DNA of 64,000 nucleotides. Origin: Octopus vulgaris. Lineage: Eukaryota. Shown here one piece after another: positions 42,540 through 56,347 of the stretch. The stretch is taken from positions 5,704,001-5,768,000 of the forward strand of contig OX597826.1 in NCBI GenBank assembly GCA_951406725.2, read 5' to 3'. The notes under the pieces are model-generated. The model was not told the DNA's origin and made no database searches. It saw nothing but the letters and a program-made list of their open reading frames with translations. The position numbers were made by a program, and so were the translations under genes. Numbering within the stretch: the first letter of the stretch is position 1; each line of letters opens with the position of its first letter.

Positions 42540-43188
42540 ACGAATGGTATTTTGTGTGTTTGTATGTGTGTCTCAAAGAGAGAGAGTGAGAGAGAGAGAG
42601 AGAGTGAGAGAGAGAGAGAGAGAGAGAGGCAGAAGGAAGTGAGAAATTGAGTGACGAACGGAAGAACAATGACATACACAGAGATACACATGAGAACATA
42701 CGTGTGCCTACATAGACACACATGAACACACACGCGCGCTCGCATCCTCACACATGCATACTCACATCCACATACAATCGCACACAGATACACACAGATA
42801 CGCACGCATACATACAGGAAAATCACTGTCCGTTGCTGCGGTTATTAAACTGAGCTGTAATCAATTTGCTTACTTCTCAAAACAGAGTTATATATCATAC
42901 AAAAGTATCAAGATTTGTTGGATAAGAACTCGTAGTCGTATGAGGAAACTTTTCAGAGAAATTGCTACATAAGGAATTGGCTGATAAGGACCATCCCTCA
43001 TCAGAACCGCGCCCGCGAACAACAGGAAACTTCATGTCATCCATCCCCTCATTTAGCACTTTAAATATCCTTAGGGAATTTCCCTACTTTTTAAGTTACC
43101 AAATTCCATTTCACTAATCGCCACATCTTCTCTATTTGAACTTCCATGCTTAACTGTAATGCGTTGACAACATTCTGTTGTGTATTAT

Positions 43189-43541
43189 TAGGAGTGGCTG
43201 TTTGGTAAGTAGCTTGCTTACGAACCACATGGTCCCGGGTTCAGTCACTTTGCATGTCATCTTGGGCAATTGTCTTCTACTATAGACTTGGGACGACCAA
43301 AGCCTTGTATATGTATATATGTGTGTGTATATGTTTGTGAGTCTTTGTCCCCCCAACATCACTTGGCAACCGATGCTGGTGAGTTTACGCCCCCGTAACT
43401 TAGTGGTTCGGCAAAAGAGACCGATAGAAGAATTACTAGGCTTACAAAGAGTAGGTCCCGGGGACGACTTGCACGACTAAATGCGGTGCTCCAGCTTGGC
43501 CACAGTCAAATGACTGAAACAATTAAAAGAGTAAAAGAGTA
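43189..43541 (+). mobile_element. tRNA-type SINE (27997 family)
   Basis: Same head and AAAAGAGT tail as 27997-28418. Confidence 0.85.
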
Positions 43542-44121
43542 ATGGTGACATAGATCTACACAGACACCTTACAACGCGCTAAAAATAAACATACAATTCC
43601 AGAAATTAAACCACTTCATCGATGTATTTTAATGAACGCAGAATATAGAGTTATACTCACTTGCTCAAGAATAATTCTACGCATTTTAACGATAGTGCAT
43701 TCGTACCCTAGACATAATCACCATCAGCTCACACTAGTATCGTTACCGTCATACTCAATTTCTATGCCGTGTTTAAGGCGGAAGCATGGACAGCGCGTAC
43801 ATGACTTCAACAACCATGATTGATTGCATAGATAATACTGCTTTTGACGTTGCATATCCTGAACTATCTTCCATCAAGGATAGTCCATATCTTGAGCGCC
43901 CGTGGCCTTGTCAACCCACTTCTTGTAAATGTGTATTAAACTTGTATTATATTAAAATAAATTTCAGTAAGCCGAATTAAATCGAAACTTCACAAATTTC
44001 AGATTAATGCTATATATATATATATGAATTTAAATAATGAGGGTGATGAATTGAATATTAATTTAATTAATATCAATGTAGACTAGCATATAGAAAAATC
44101 TGAAAATTCAGAAAAATTGAA

Positions 44122-44340
44122 CTACATGCGTATAATAGGGATAACCACTAAGTGGACATTCAATATGTTAGACAGATGAAAATATACATGTATATGTTCA
44201 TCTGTTTTACCCGCTTATGTTCTGGTGTTTGCTGAATTTCTCTAGACAACCTCCCTTTTTCTTTGTAATTAGATCGTAGGTGATCTTCTTCTAGCATATT
44301 GGATGTCCACTTAGTGGTCATCCCTATTGTACGCATGTAA
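44122..44340. repeat. Fold-back element with ~50 bp terminal inverted repeats and an inner hairpin
   Basis: TACATGCGTATAATAGGGATAACCACTAAGTGGACATTCAATATGTTAGA pairs with TCTAGCATATTGGATGTCCACTTAGTGGTCATCCCTATTGTACGCATGTA. The inner hairpin is ACAGATGAA...TTCATCTGT. Confidence 0.88.
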
Positions 44341-44588
44341 ATATATATATATATATATATATGGAAGTTTATGCGTGTGTCTATGTATACAAACATAGAT
44401 ACATATTTATGTACATATACATACATGCACACTCATATATATACGCATGATTGTGAAAGTGTGTGAATATATATGCAGATAGATAGATAGACAGATAGAT
44501 AGATAAATAGATAGATAGATAGATAGATTGATATATATATATATATATATATATAGATAGATAGATAGATTGATATATATATATATAT

Positions 44589-44651
<63 letters not shown>

Positions 44652-45985
44652 CGACGTTGTGACAAGTACGCCCGTATATAAATATACGTAAATGCATGTT
44701 TGTGCATAATGCAATTTTCGAAACGAATCCGCAGTATACTGACTCAACAAAATATTATAATGATAGATGGATAAAAATATTCTCCTTTTTTTTTTCATGG
44801 CTTGAATATTTCAGGTACAAGGGATTAAGAATAGTCTGTCTAAAACGCAGGGTATATAGTCTGATTTACCAAGTGATTTATGCTCCAGAATTTTGTTATG
44901 TATATGAAAAAGTATGTAGATGAGTTATTCTTGAAATACACTGTCAAGGATTAGCACAGAACTTGTATAAAGGATATTTTTCATCTGTTCAACAGATGGA
45001 AATTCACAGCAGCCACCAGCTGCAGACTATCGTTAAGTTTACTCTCACGTGTTCAAATTTTGATACTGTTTATAGCAACCTGTTTTGATAATTATTTTAT
45101 AAGTACATAAACGGAAGTCCTACGGCCATAGATCACGTAGCCGCCCATACGAACATACGCACGCACATATATCCTCTTATACAAACAAGCGCGTACACAC
45201 ATATACAGAAATACGCCTGCTTGTTTGTGGTTTTTGTTTGAACATGTGTTTCTATCCGTCAGGGTTATCTCTGTGGTTTTTCGAATTTTAGACTATTTTG
45301 ACCACCCAAACGCTCGCTATCTATACTATAAATAAGTACTACATTTAAATACAATTAATACAATTATACGTATATATATATATATCATTACAGATATATG
45401 GTAAAGAATTATTAATTTAATAATTAATACATTTTATCAAATAGTTTCGGCATAAAAAAAAACAAAACATTATCGGTAAAATCTTATACAAAACGTTCTT
45501 TGTCTTTTATATATAATTAATCGTTTAGCAACAAGTTGCCTCATCAGATATTGAACATTTAGAAATAGCAGCCAAAGACAGCTAATTCCTTTTAACTACA
45601 AATATGACTCCACAGACAACAATATAGGTGGAAAAAAATTATTTGATTCACATATTTATTTTTATATGTTAATCTGTTTTATTTTTGATTTTTTTGTAGG
45701 TCCCCTTATTGCTTATACGAGAAGTGTTCAATATTAAAATCCAATTCCCCGTGTTGACGATAGCAAATTACGACTACGAAAAGGTATTCTAAAGGAAATA
45801 AGTGAAAAGAAGATTAAAAATTGAAGAATATTTCAACAACTCCCCTGACACTTCGGCAAATATTCTGCACCACAGTTGCTTGTGCATCAACACACTCATG
45901 AGGCACCGATGTACAATAAGTCGAAGCGATCGTAGTGAATATTAAAGAGATTCATGAATTCCATTTTCCTTCTTTCATATTTTTA

Positions 45986-46057
<72 letters not shown>

Positions 46058-46291
46058 TCTATAATTATATCTTATGGTAGTAGAATAGTATTTTAACTGC
46101 TATTTCTAGATTTCGGTATGTGATGAAGCAAATTTTGCTGAAGCCTAATTATATTTATGCTCATAATTATAGATATTTTTGTATAAGTTTAACGATATTG
46201 GTTATTTAACATGCCGAACTACTAGTTAAAATTATTAATTATTAATTGATTAATTAATTTTTCCCTTCATTATTATTATTATTATTATTAC

Positions 46292-48506
46292 ATTTTTTTT
46301 CTTCTTTCAAATTTGCTTCCATTTCTTGCCGAGTGTCTTCCCGACTCCTAGGACCAAGAAACTCATAGTGTACATTGGTAGGCCATTAAACCAAACTCAA
46401 TAGTCCGTTCATTTAAAATTTTTTTTTTTTTAAGTCAAATTAAAATACATGAGCAGCAACAGTTCTCACATCGACAATGCTCTTCTCAATACGTGCGATG
46501 TACCAGTTAAGACAATCTTTTGCACTTCTTGCATGGATGGTAAGCCAGGGGTCATTCTCATATAATTTTCGGTTCCCTTCTTGATCATTCCTAGTGCTCC
46601 TACGATCACTGGTATTGTAACCGCCTTGAGATGCCACATTTTCTCAATTTCAATGAGTAGGTCTTTATATTTTCTGAGCTTGTCAAACTCTTTCGCTGAG
46701 ATATTATGATCACAGAGGATGCTCATGTCGATCAATAAGCAAATTTTATTGTTTTGGTCTTTCACAACAATATCTGGTTTATTGGCCTTGATGGTTCGGT
46801 CTGTATGTACTGGAAAGTCCCACAGAATGGTTACATTTTCTCCTTCAGTTACAGCCTCAGGGTGGTGATAATACCACTTGTCGGCAGTTTTGATATTGTA
46901 ATGCCGACTTATTAGCCAGTGTAGATATTGGCCAACTCTGTCATGTCTTAATTTATACTCCACTGGTGCTAAGACTTTACATCCAGAGATTAGGTGGTCC
47001 ACTGTTTCAATCATGTCGTTGCAGAATCGGCATTTTGGGTCTGCTCCATTTTTCATCACATTGGCCTGGTAGTTCCGGGTTAATAGGCTTTGATCTTGAG
47101 CAGCCAGGATGAAACCTTCGCTCTCTGCTTTTAGCCCTGAGCTCCGTAGCCACTGATGGGTTCGCTTCTGGTCAACATCAGCTTGTTTGCTGCGGGTCAC
47201 ATATTTGCCGTGCAGAGGTTTCTCCTCCCACCTATCAGCCAATTGCTCGTGCACTTTTTTCGTTGCCATCATTTTCACCTTCTTTGCAACAATAGTTGCC
47301 GTACTTCCCTCGGGTTGTTCAGTTTGGGTATCCTGCACGAGATCAATAGCAAATTTTTTGCTTTCCTTTATGATAGAATGAAGCTTCTTTCGTCTCTCGT
47401 GATTTTCCACGAGCTTTCGATATTTCGAGATATTTGGCCAGTCCAATTGTGGTTGTTTTGTAAGCTAGTTCAAATTGGATCAGGCCTCGACCTCCTTGGG
47501 CTCTGGGAAGGTAAAGGCAATCTACGTCTGCCTTTGGGTGGTGCATCCTATTACAACTCAGCAGCTTGCGTATTTTCCTGTCTATATTCTTTACTTCACT
47601 CATATTCCAGTTCAACACATTGTAGCTATAAGTAACAACTGGAACTGCTAAGGAATTTATAGCTAACACCTTGTTACGTGCATTTAGTTCAGATTTCAGG
47701 ACTGCACGAACTCTCCTATAACATTCCTTCCTGTTCTTCTCTTTCATGCTTGCATGCTGAATACCAGAGCCTTCATTTATCCCTAAATATTTGTATGTTT
47801 GTTCTTGCTCAAGCTCTCTTATGACTGTGTCAACATCTAACACGACTGAATTTGTGGTCTTCACTTTCCTTTTCTGGAAAGTGACCTTGGCACACTTCTC
47901 AAGTCCAAACTCCATCCCGACGTCATCGCTGAATGCTTTCACGGTGCGCAATAGGCCTTCAAGTTCATTATTGTCTTTACCATAAAGTTTTAAGTCATCC
48001 ATATAAAATAGATGGCTTATTTTTTTGTTGGCAATTTTATACCCATACCCTGTTCTGTTTAATTCACTTGTAAGGGGTATTAGGGCTATGCAGAATATTA
48101 AATGTGAAAGTGAGTCACCTTGAAAAATTCCACAGTTGATGTTTATATCTTCTGAGGCAAGTACTCCATTAGAGTGGTATAATTGGAGATTCGTATTCCA
48201 CAACGACATATTGTGCTTCAGGAAGTTTGAAATCACAGGGAAAATTTTGAAGATGTCCAGCGATCTCAAGATCCATGAATGCGGTATACTGTCGAAGGCC
48301 TTTTTATAGTCAATCCATGCGGTGCTGAGATTTCTGCGCTTGTTGTGACAGTTCTCAAGGATCATACGATTGATTAGCAGTTGATCTTTGCATCCGTAAG
48401 AGCCTCGGCGGCACCCTTTTTGTTCAATGGGGAAAATATCGTTCTTCTCCATGAATGCATATGTTTTCTCCGCCAGGACAGGTGTTAGGATTTTATACGT
48501 GGTGGA

Positions 48507-48507
<1 letters not shown>
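46292..48507 (-). mobile_element. 5'-truncated R4/Dong-clade non-LTR retrotransposon (RT, CCHC finger, restriction-like endonuclease) inserted in (TAA)n
   Basis: RT motifs EQKGCRRGSYGCKDQL, AWIDYKKAFDSIPH, GIFQGDSLS and HLFYMDDLKLY; CRFC...HLISGC; RHD; KPDIVV...LIDMS...KYKDL. One frameshift near 47400-47440, and (ATT)n on both flanks. Confidence 0.93.
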
Positions 48508-48552
<45 letters not shown>

Positions 48553-48556
48553 GTTA

Positions 48557-48594
<38 letters not shown>

Positions 48595-48598
48595 GTTA

Positions 48599-48642
<44 letters not shown>

Positions 48643-48646
48643 GTTA

Positions 48647-48684
<38 letters not shown>

Positions 48685-48715
48685 GTTATTGTTATTATTA
48701 TTATTATTATTATTA

Positions 48716-48765
<50 letters not shown>

Positions 48766-48769
48766 GTTA

Positions 48770-48816
<47 letters not shown>

Positions 48817-48820
48817 GTTA

Positions 48821-48867
<47 letters not shown>

Positions 48868-48883
48868 GTTATTGTTATTGTTA

Positions 48884-48936
<53 letters not shown>

Positions 48937-48942
48937 TATTAT
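48508..48942. repeat. (ATT)n array with a periodic GTTATTGTT higher-order variant
   Basis: Read directly from the sequence. Confidence 0.9.
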
Positions 48943-49439
48943 TATATATATATGCCGTAAAATTTATGCACCCTCTTAATTGTAGCAAAGTGTTCTGAGA
49001 AAAGTTATATAGTACAACATTATTATCAATACACATTACGCCATTTTATTATAGGTATCAATATTATGAATCTGAAGCAATATGTCATGGAAATTTTTGT
49101 TTGATGTGATTTCTTCTCAGAAACTTTGTTGCATATTAAAAAATATATACTGACTATGCAAATAATCCACCACTATTTCTCAGTATATTACACCCGCAGA
49201 AGACGTCTTGTTTGTAACACTTAAGTGATATAAGAATGTTTACGAATAAAACGATATCGTAGAATATCATCGATACTATAATTAAAAGAATTGATTTATA
49301 ATGAATAAATAAAGTTGCCCAACGTGAGACATCGATTCTAAATGTTTTCAAACCTATTTCAAGTTCTATTTTGTATCAACTCTAACGGCATGCGGTTTTA
49401 TATGTGTGTATATTTCACATCTAATGAAGAGAACTCCTT

Positions 49440-50965
49440 CACCGACCTGGCCCGCCGACCATCCCACTAGTCGCCAGCTCCCGGCCAGTTCGATTATTTT
49501 GCAAGCATCTATCAACATGTTGCGGGCCGGTTTAAATTTCTCAGGTGTCCCAAAATCTCAACATCTCCCCGGACGAACTCTCGGCCCTTCGATATCTCCG
49601 ATGCGGCAAACACATCATCATAAAACCGGCTGACAAGGGTAGAGCAGTTGTGGTGTGGCGCACGGATTTCCACAACGCTGAAGTTCTCCGCCAACTTCAA
49701 GACATCTATTTCCCTTTGCCCTCCAACCCCACGTCAAGCTACCAACAGACTGTATCCTCCACTATCCATCTCCTCCTCCGCCTCGCTCCCAACGGCTCCA
49801 ACCTCATTGTCCACTTTCCATCCGTCCGCCATTTACGCCCTTCCCAGAATCCACAAGTGCAACAATCCTGGCCGCCTCAATGTCTCCGCCTGTAACTGCC
49901 CCACGGAATTGACTCGAAATACCTCTACCGTGTCCATACCCCACATAGCGTCTTCCCTCCTACATCCATGATACTAACCATGCTCTCTGTCTTTTCAACT
50001 CTTTCTCCTTCCCTTCTCGCTTCTCTAAACTTCACTCTTCATATCAAGAGTATGGTGATCTTACACAACGAAGGACTACTTACCCTCAAATACTTCCTAG
50101 GCCTTCGACCCAACCCCCATTCTGACACGTCCACAATTCTACGTCTGGCCTAGCTTGTTCTCTCCCTCAGTTGCTTCTCAATAGCAAGGGACTTTTACCA
50201 ACAGATTTTCGGGAGTGACCATGGGAACGATTATGGGCTCCAAATATGCGAACCTGTTCGTTGGTGACATAGAGTCCCTAATATTTTCAAGATTCACTGG
50301 TCCCACTCCTGAATTGTACCGTCTTTATTTTGACGACAGTATCCGTGTGACGTCACACCCCACCGAACAGCTAGGCATCATCCAATCTTTCCATCCTACC
50401 CTTGAATTCTTCTGCATTATTTCCAACACTTCTGTCGCCTTTCTTAACATTTGTGTCAACATACACAACTCTGGTCTCACTAACTCCACACGGTCTCCAC
50501 TAACTCAAATGTGCCAAAATTTGAAACAAAGAATGAGGCATCACACCAACTCACGCTCATACATCAACTTCTCCTCCCTCTACCTCACCCATACCTAGCT
50601 CTCCATCCCCTACTTCCAATTCCTCTGTCTGCGCAGGTTCTACAGTGACAACCATTACTTTGAGACCCAGTCTCAAGTCATGGCTAGCCACTTCATCCTT
50701 CGTGGATATCCCCTCACCACTATTCACACAGCCATTGCCAGAGCACGTTCCGTAGACCGTGCTTCTGCTCTCACGCACCGAACCCGTCCCGCCGTTTCCC
50801 GCCTCTTGTTTCCTATCGCCTACCACCCATCAATCCTGTCCCTCCAATGCACCGTTTTCCAGACTTTCCGGCAACTCCAGCCCGAACCCTCCGCTTCTCA
50901 CATCTTACCCAACCTACTCCTTCTCTCCTTCAAACGAGTCCACAACCTACGTGACCTCCTGGCAT
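49440..50965 (+). mobile_element. Degenerate Penelope-like RT (second lineage), truncated before the endonuclease
   Basis: HIIIKPADKGRAVVVW, IYALPRIHK.NNPGR, GVTMGTIMGSKYANLFVG, YRLYFDD and FILRGYP, spread across frameshifted ORFs. Confidence 0.88.
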
Positions 50966-51544
50966 TCTTACTCTTCATCCACTGTAGTATTCAGGAACTA
51001 AACTGTAAAGCTGAGAGGTTATCATCACTCACATAACACTTTGTTCATATTAGTAAACTTGAGTGATATATAATGAATCGAATTAAAGCCTTTATGACCA
51101 AGGGAACATCAAATATTCAATGAATCGCAGAGACATACCTCTGCCTATGTGTGTATGTGTGTATGCATAACGTACAAATGTGTGCGCGCATGTGTATGTT
51201 TGTATGCGTACGCCTGTGTATGTTTGAGTGTATGTCTGTTGAGAACACAGTATCGTAAAGATACAGACATATTAAGGCGTGCTATCATGCACATGCATAT
51301 ACACCGGCATGTCTCTCTCTCTCTCTTTCTCTCTCACTCGCGCTCTCTCATCTTCTCTATTCCATCTCCCTCTGCCACTCTCTCCCCTTTTCTCCCTCGC
51401 TCTCTCTCTTCCAGGTATATCGACAAATATATATCATGTCATCTATCATATTCATACATACATTCCTAGATATATAGAAACATATTTTCGCGCATACGAA
51501 CGGCAAAATAACTAGCAATCCATTCATCCTCGCATCCCTAGATG

Positions 51545-52183
51545 CGTGCATACACACAAACACACATACAGGCATACCTACATACAATCATACGTGCATA
51601 CATACTTATATATACATTCATACAGACACCCACGCATGCACACATACATGCATATATACATACAGACATACAGACATACATACATAAATACATACATACA
51701 TACATAAACACGCCCATGCATACATACGTACATACATACATACATACATACATACACACACCAACGTATACATAATACATATACACATACACACACATAC
51801 ATACATAAATACATGCATACACATTCCCACGCATGCATACATGCACACACCCACGCATACATACATATATATATATACACATACATACAAACACCCACGC
51901 ATATACACATACATACATACATACATACATACACCCACCCACGCATACATACATATAAACATACATAAATACATACATACATATATACATACATACATAA
52001 ATACATACATACTTACATACTTATATATATACATACATAAATACATAAATACATACATACATACATACGTACACATGCATACATACATACAGTCACACAT
52101 ACATACATACATATATACATAAATACATAAATACATACATGCATATATACATACATACATACATACATACATACATACATACA

Positions 52184-52212
<29 letters not shown>
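51545..52212. repeat. Complex (CATA/CA/TA) low-complexity array
   Basis: Read directly from the sequence. Confidence 0.9.
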
Positions 52213-52214
<2 letters not shown>

Positions 52215-52498
52215 TTACTTTACATTGTTCTAATTTCCCTTTCGCTGGAGCGGTTCTGAATGGTGATTTTGATTAAGTCGCGTTTATTTTTTTTTTTTGC
52301 CCAGTTTTCATTCCAACTTTATCTTAATTTTATTGTAATTGCTCTTGCTTTATCTCCGCTATTTTCTCTTGCCATCTTATTTCATCATTACATTGATTAA
52401 TTCTTCACAACATTTAGTTAAGAAATAAGCAAAATTATGGATAAATTTTATGCTCACATTATATTCATTTTTATCCATGACATATGCATATACATATA

Positions 52499-52608
<110 letters not shown>

Positions 52609-52636
52609 AATATATATAGTCTATTTAAATATATGA

Positions 52637-52697
<61 letters not shown>

Positions 52698-53664
52698 CGT
52701 TTGTCCGTGTGTGTTTCTGTTTATGAGAGAGGAATGTAGTTTAGACTGTGTTTTATTGTCAATTTTTTAAAAAGATTGTCAGCAGTAAATAATATAACAA
52801 ATTATAAGAACAACAAAAAATTCCACATGCCACTATGAAAGAAATACGATTCGAAAAATTAGTGTAACTTCGAGTAAAACATGAACAGTAAGAGTAAAAA
52901 TATATTTTAAAAAAACCTGTTGTGTTGACGAAGTTGTTTCCTGTCATGAAATGGAATGAATATGTTTGGTGGGGGTTCGAGATATATGACTGAAATACAA
53001 TGGAATGAAAGGCAGAAAAGCGAAAACCGTAAGCGAAAAAGAAAACAGCATACGTTATAAAGAATATTAAACTTGAAAAAAAAAAAAATATATTAAGCAA
53101 TGATGAACTTTAAACAAAAATGAAAATTAATGGGGAGAAAAATATAAAAACAAAAGAGCTATTACAAAACAAGTATATTGGAAATGCTAAATGATGAAAA
53201 ATAAAGTGATGATGAAGCGATGAAAAGAAGAAAATTGAATGAGGAGGAAAATCAGATGTGATTCTCTGTCGAAAGTGTTTCGTGCAATTAATGTATTTTT
53301 TCCTATTAATGATGGGAATATTCTACACGCATGCTATAAATGAGGCAATGTTTAACTAAATATTTGCATTGGAATTGAAGCAAATAATTGAAAATTATGT
53401 TGACAAAATAGATCGATTCCAATGTCACCCACCCTCCAGACGTTAAATTTTCTATCAATTTCTCTATTTCACTGTGTTTGTTTCGGTCACTCTATCTCTC
53501 TGTCTCTCTCTGTCTCTCTCTCACTCTCTCTCTATCTCTCATTCTTTCTCTCATCTTCTCTGTCATACTTTATACTCTTGTCAAATCTGTCAATCAATCA
53601 TACTCCTGTTTAACAACCACTCTTTCACTATTTTACGAGTGACTCGCAATAACACACACACAGT

Positions 53665-53773
<109 letters not shown>

Positions 53774-54060
53774 GTATGTAGATATGTATGTATGTATATA
53801 TGCTCTTGCTTGTGCATCAATCTATGTGTAGTCGTATATGCACATATAGATGTATGCATATATATCCATATATACATATATATATATGTGTGTGTGTGTA
53901 TGTGTGTGCAGGTATGTTTTTGAATTTACATCAACACCATACAGCAGATCATTTTTCTTATATTTTCTTCACTGATTCAAAACTACACAGTAAAAAAACA
54001 GAAACGGTGCATTCAAAGTATTGGCTTCTTGTAGCTTCACCTTCGAGTGCATTCACACAC

Positions 54061-54133
<73 letters not shown>

Positions 54134-54154
54134 TATATACATTCTCTCTAAGTA

Positions 54155-54650
54155 GGCGGAATTTGAACTCAGAACGTAAAGACGGACGAAATCCAGCAAT
54201 GAATTTTGCCCAGTATGCTAACGATTCTGTCATCTCGCTGACCTACATAATAATGGTTACAGTAGCAACACAAGGCTTGGAATTTTTGGGGTGAGGGACA
54301 GTCGATTACATCGACCCCATTACATAACCGGTACTTCTTTCATCAACCATGAAAGAATGAACGGCGAACTCAGATCTTAGAGATGGGCGAAATATCGCTA
54401 AGCGGTTTGCTTTTCATGCTAATGATTCTGCCAGCACCCTTTCTTAAGCTAATACTGCTTTCAAATTTTAGCTCAAGACCACGAAATACGAGGGGGGAGT
54501 TAATTCTATTTCATGAACTGCTGTATCGCCCATGAAATAATAAACGTAAAATTCGACCACTGTGGTATTTGAACTCGGAACGTAAATACAGACGAAATGC
54601 CGCTAAGCACTTTTCTAACGTTGCAACGAATCTGTCAGTTCGCCGCCCGA
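54155..54650 (-). mobile_element. Cluster of three decayed 37494-family SINE fragments
   Basis: ATTTGAACTC.GAACGTAAA...GACGAAAT occurs twice, and CGATTACATCGACCCC is present. Confidence 0.7.
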
Positions 54651-55581
54651 AATAGTAATGGTTATAGTAACAATGATAATAATAGGAAAGAACAGAAGTA
54701 ATAGAAGAAGAAGAAGAAGAAGAAGAAGAAGAAGAAGAAGAAGAAGAAGAAGAAGAAGAAGAAGAAGAAGAAGAAGAAAGAAGAAGAGATGGTGGTGTGG
54801 ATTTCCACCTCGGCATCAGAAACTCAGAGTTTTATCTTGGCTACCGAGTAATTGTCACATATTATTTTTACAGATATATATATATATATCAGCATTTATC
54901 GAACCACGACGATAGAAAGTCTGTTAGTACACTTTATATCATATTCTACGAAATATATGCGAATACATAATATTTACGAAGGACTAATGAAAGTTAATCA
55001 TTGACAGGGTTTTAACGATGCTTGCAGGTGGATCTTTTTGTTTCTCTTTGGGATAAAAGTAAAACATATCGCACCAAAATTTCAATTAATATTGTTGTTT
55101 TCGGCATCGTCGTCTATCTCTTCTGTTTGCTCCTCCTTCTAATTCTCATCTTTCTCCTCCTCCTTCTCTGTCTTCCTCACTTTATTTATCCTCCTTCTCC
55201 TCCCCCTCTCCTTCCTCATGATCATCATAATACCAATCTTTTCTTGTTCTCCTTTTCTTCTCCTTCTCCTCCTCCTTCTTCTTCTTCTCATTTTTCTTCT
55301 TGTTCATCTTCTTCTTCTTCTTCATCTTCATCTTCTTCTTCATCTTCTTCTTCTTCTTCTTCTTCTTCTTCTTCTTCTTCTTCTTCTTCTTCTTCTTGTT
55401 CTTCTTCTTCTTCTTCTGTGACCAGATAACAGAAGAGATAGTAGTGTGGATTTCCATCCCGGCATCCGAAACTCAGTTTTATCTTGTCTACCGAGTAATT
55501 ATCACATATATTTACAGATAAATTCCTCTATTTACATAATATTGACGTCTCTTTCTATCTTTTGTTATCTTACTGTTTTTA

Positions 55582-55610
<29 letters not shown>

Positions 55611-55618
<8 letters not shown>

Positions 55619-56120
55619 AGTGAATTGAAGAAATGGAGTTGAACGAAGATTGAACAGAAATCGTTTTATTGCATTCTACACGTGTTTCGAAAGGCACAAT
55701 TTACCAAATTCCGATTGAATAAGGAGACCATATTTTGTTTCGCCCCATATAATACACCTAATATTCTTTAAATAGTCAGAACTTTAGTCTCGGTCACAAA
55801 GAACATCTAAGCACCGGAATGACCGCTGCCTGACCCGTCAAAACCTTCAACGCACCCACCACCAGTTTTCAACATACATTGATAAACAGTTTGGCCATGG
55901 GCTCTTAGGAGCCTCGTTCGATTTGTTTTGCTCCGCCTCTGTTCTGTTTTTGTTTTTTCCAACGGATTTCCTATTTCTTCCTGAAGAGAAAGACACAATA
56001 TGGTCTCCTTATTCAATCGGAATTTGGTAAATTGTGCCTTTCGAAACACGTGTAGAATGCAATAAAACGATTTCTGTTCAATCTTCGTTCAACTCCATTT
56101 CTTCAATTCACTAATAATAT
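55611..56120. mobile_element. ~510 bp fold-back element with ~125 bp near-perfect inverted arms, flanked by (TA)n tracts
   Basis: 55611-55735 is the reverse complement of ~55997-56120. The right arm overlaps an HHR. Confidence 0.9.
55972..56063 (+). ncRNA. Hammerhead ribozyme candidate with an extended stem II
   Basis: TTC-CTGAAGA-GAAAG a CACAAT...ATTGTG c CTTTC-GAAA-CACGTG-TA-GAA. The core is intact, stem III is palindromic, the triplet is GUA, and stem I is short. Confidence 0.8.
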
Positions 56121-56268
56121 TAAAATTCAATTATCCGCACCAACGCACGGTTACAACACCATATGGTTGTACCTCCAACCGTGCTGTCTTCTGCTGTGAT
56201 TTTTGCTACCAAGGTATCGGTTAAACTTTTGATTAATCTGCAACAAGATTATTCATCTTTCTATTTCA

Positions 56269-56342
<74 letters not shown>

Positions 56343-56347
<5 letters not shown>

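Noticed and set aside
42940-43020. CTGATGA...GAAA on the minus strand
   Set aside because: Stems I, II and III do not pair convincingly.
43786-43980. 64 aa ORF MDSAYMTSTT... with ordinary composition
   Set aside because: Short, with no recognisable domain or splice evidence.
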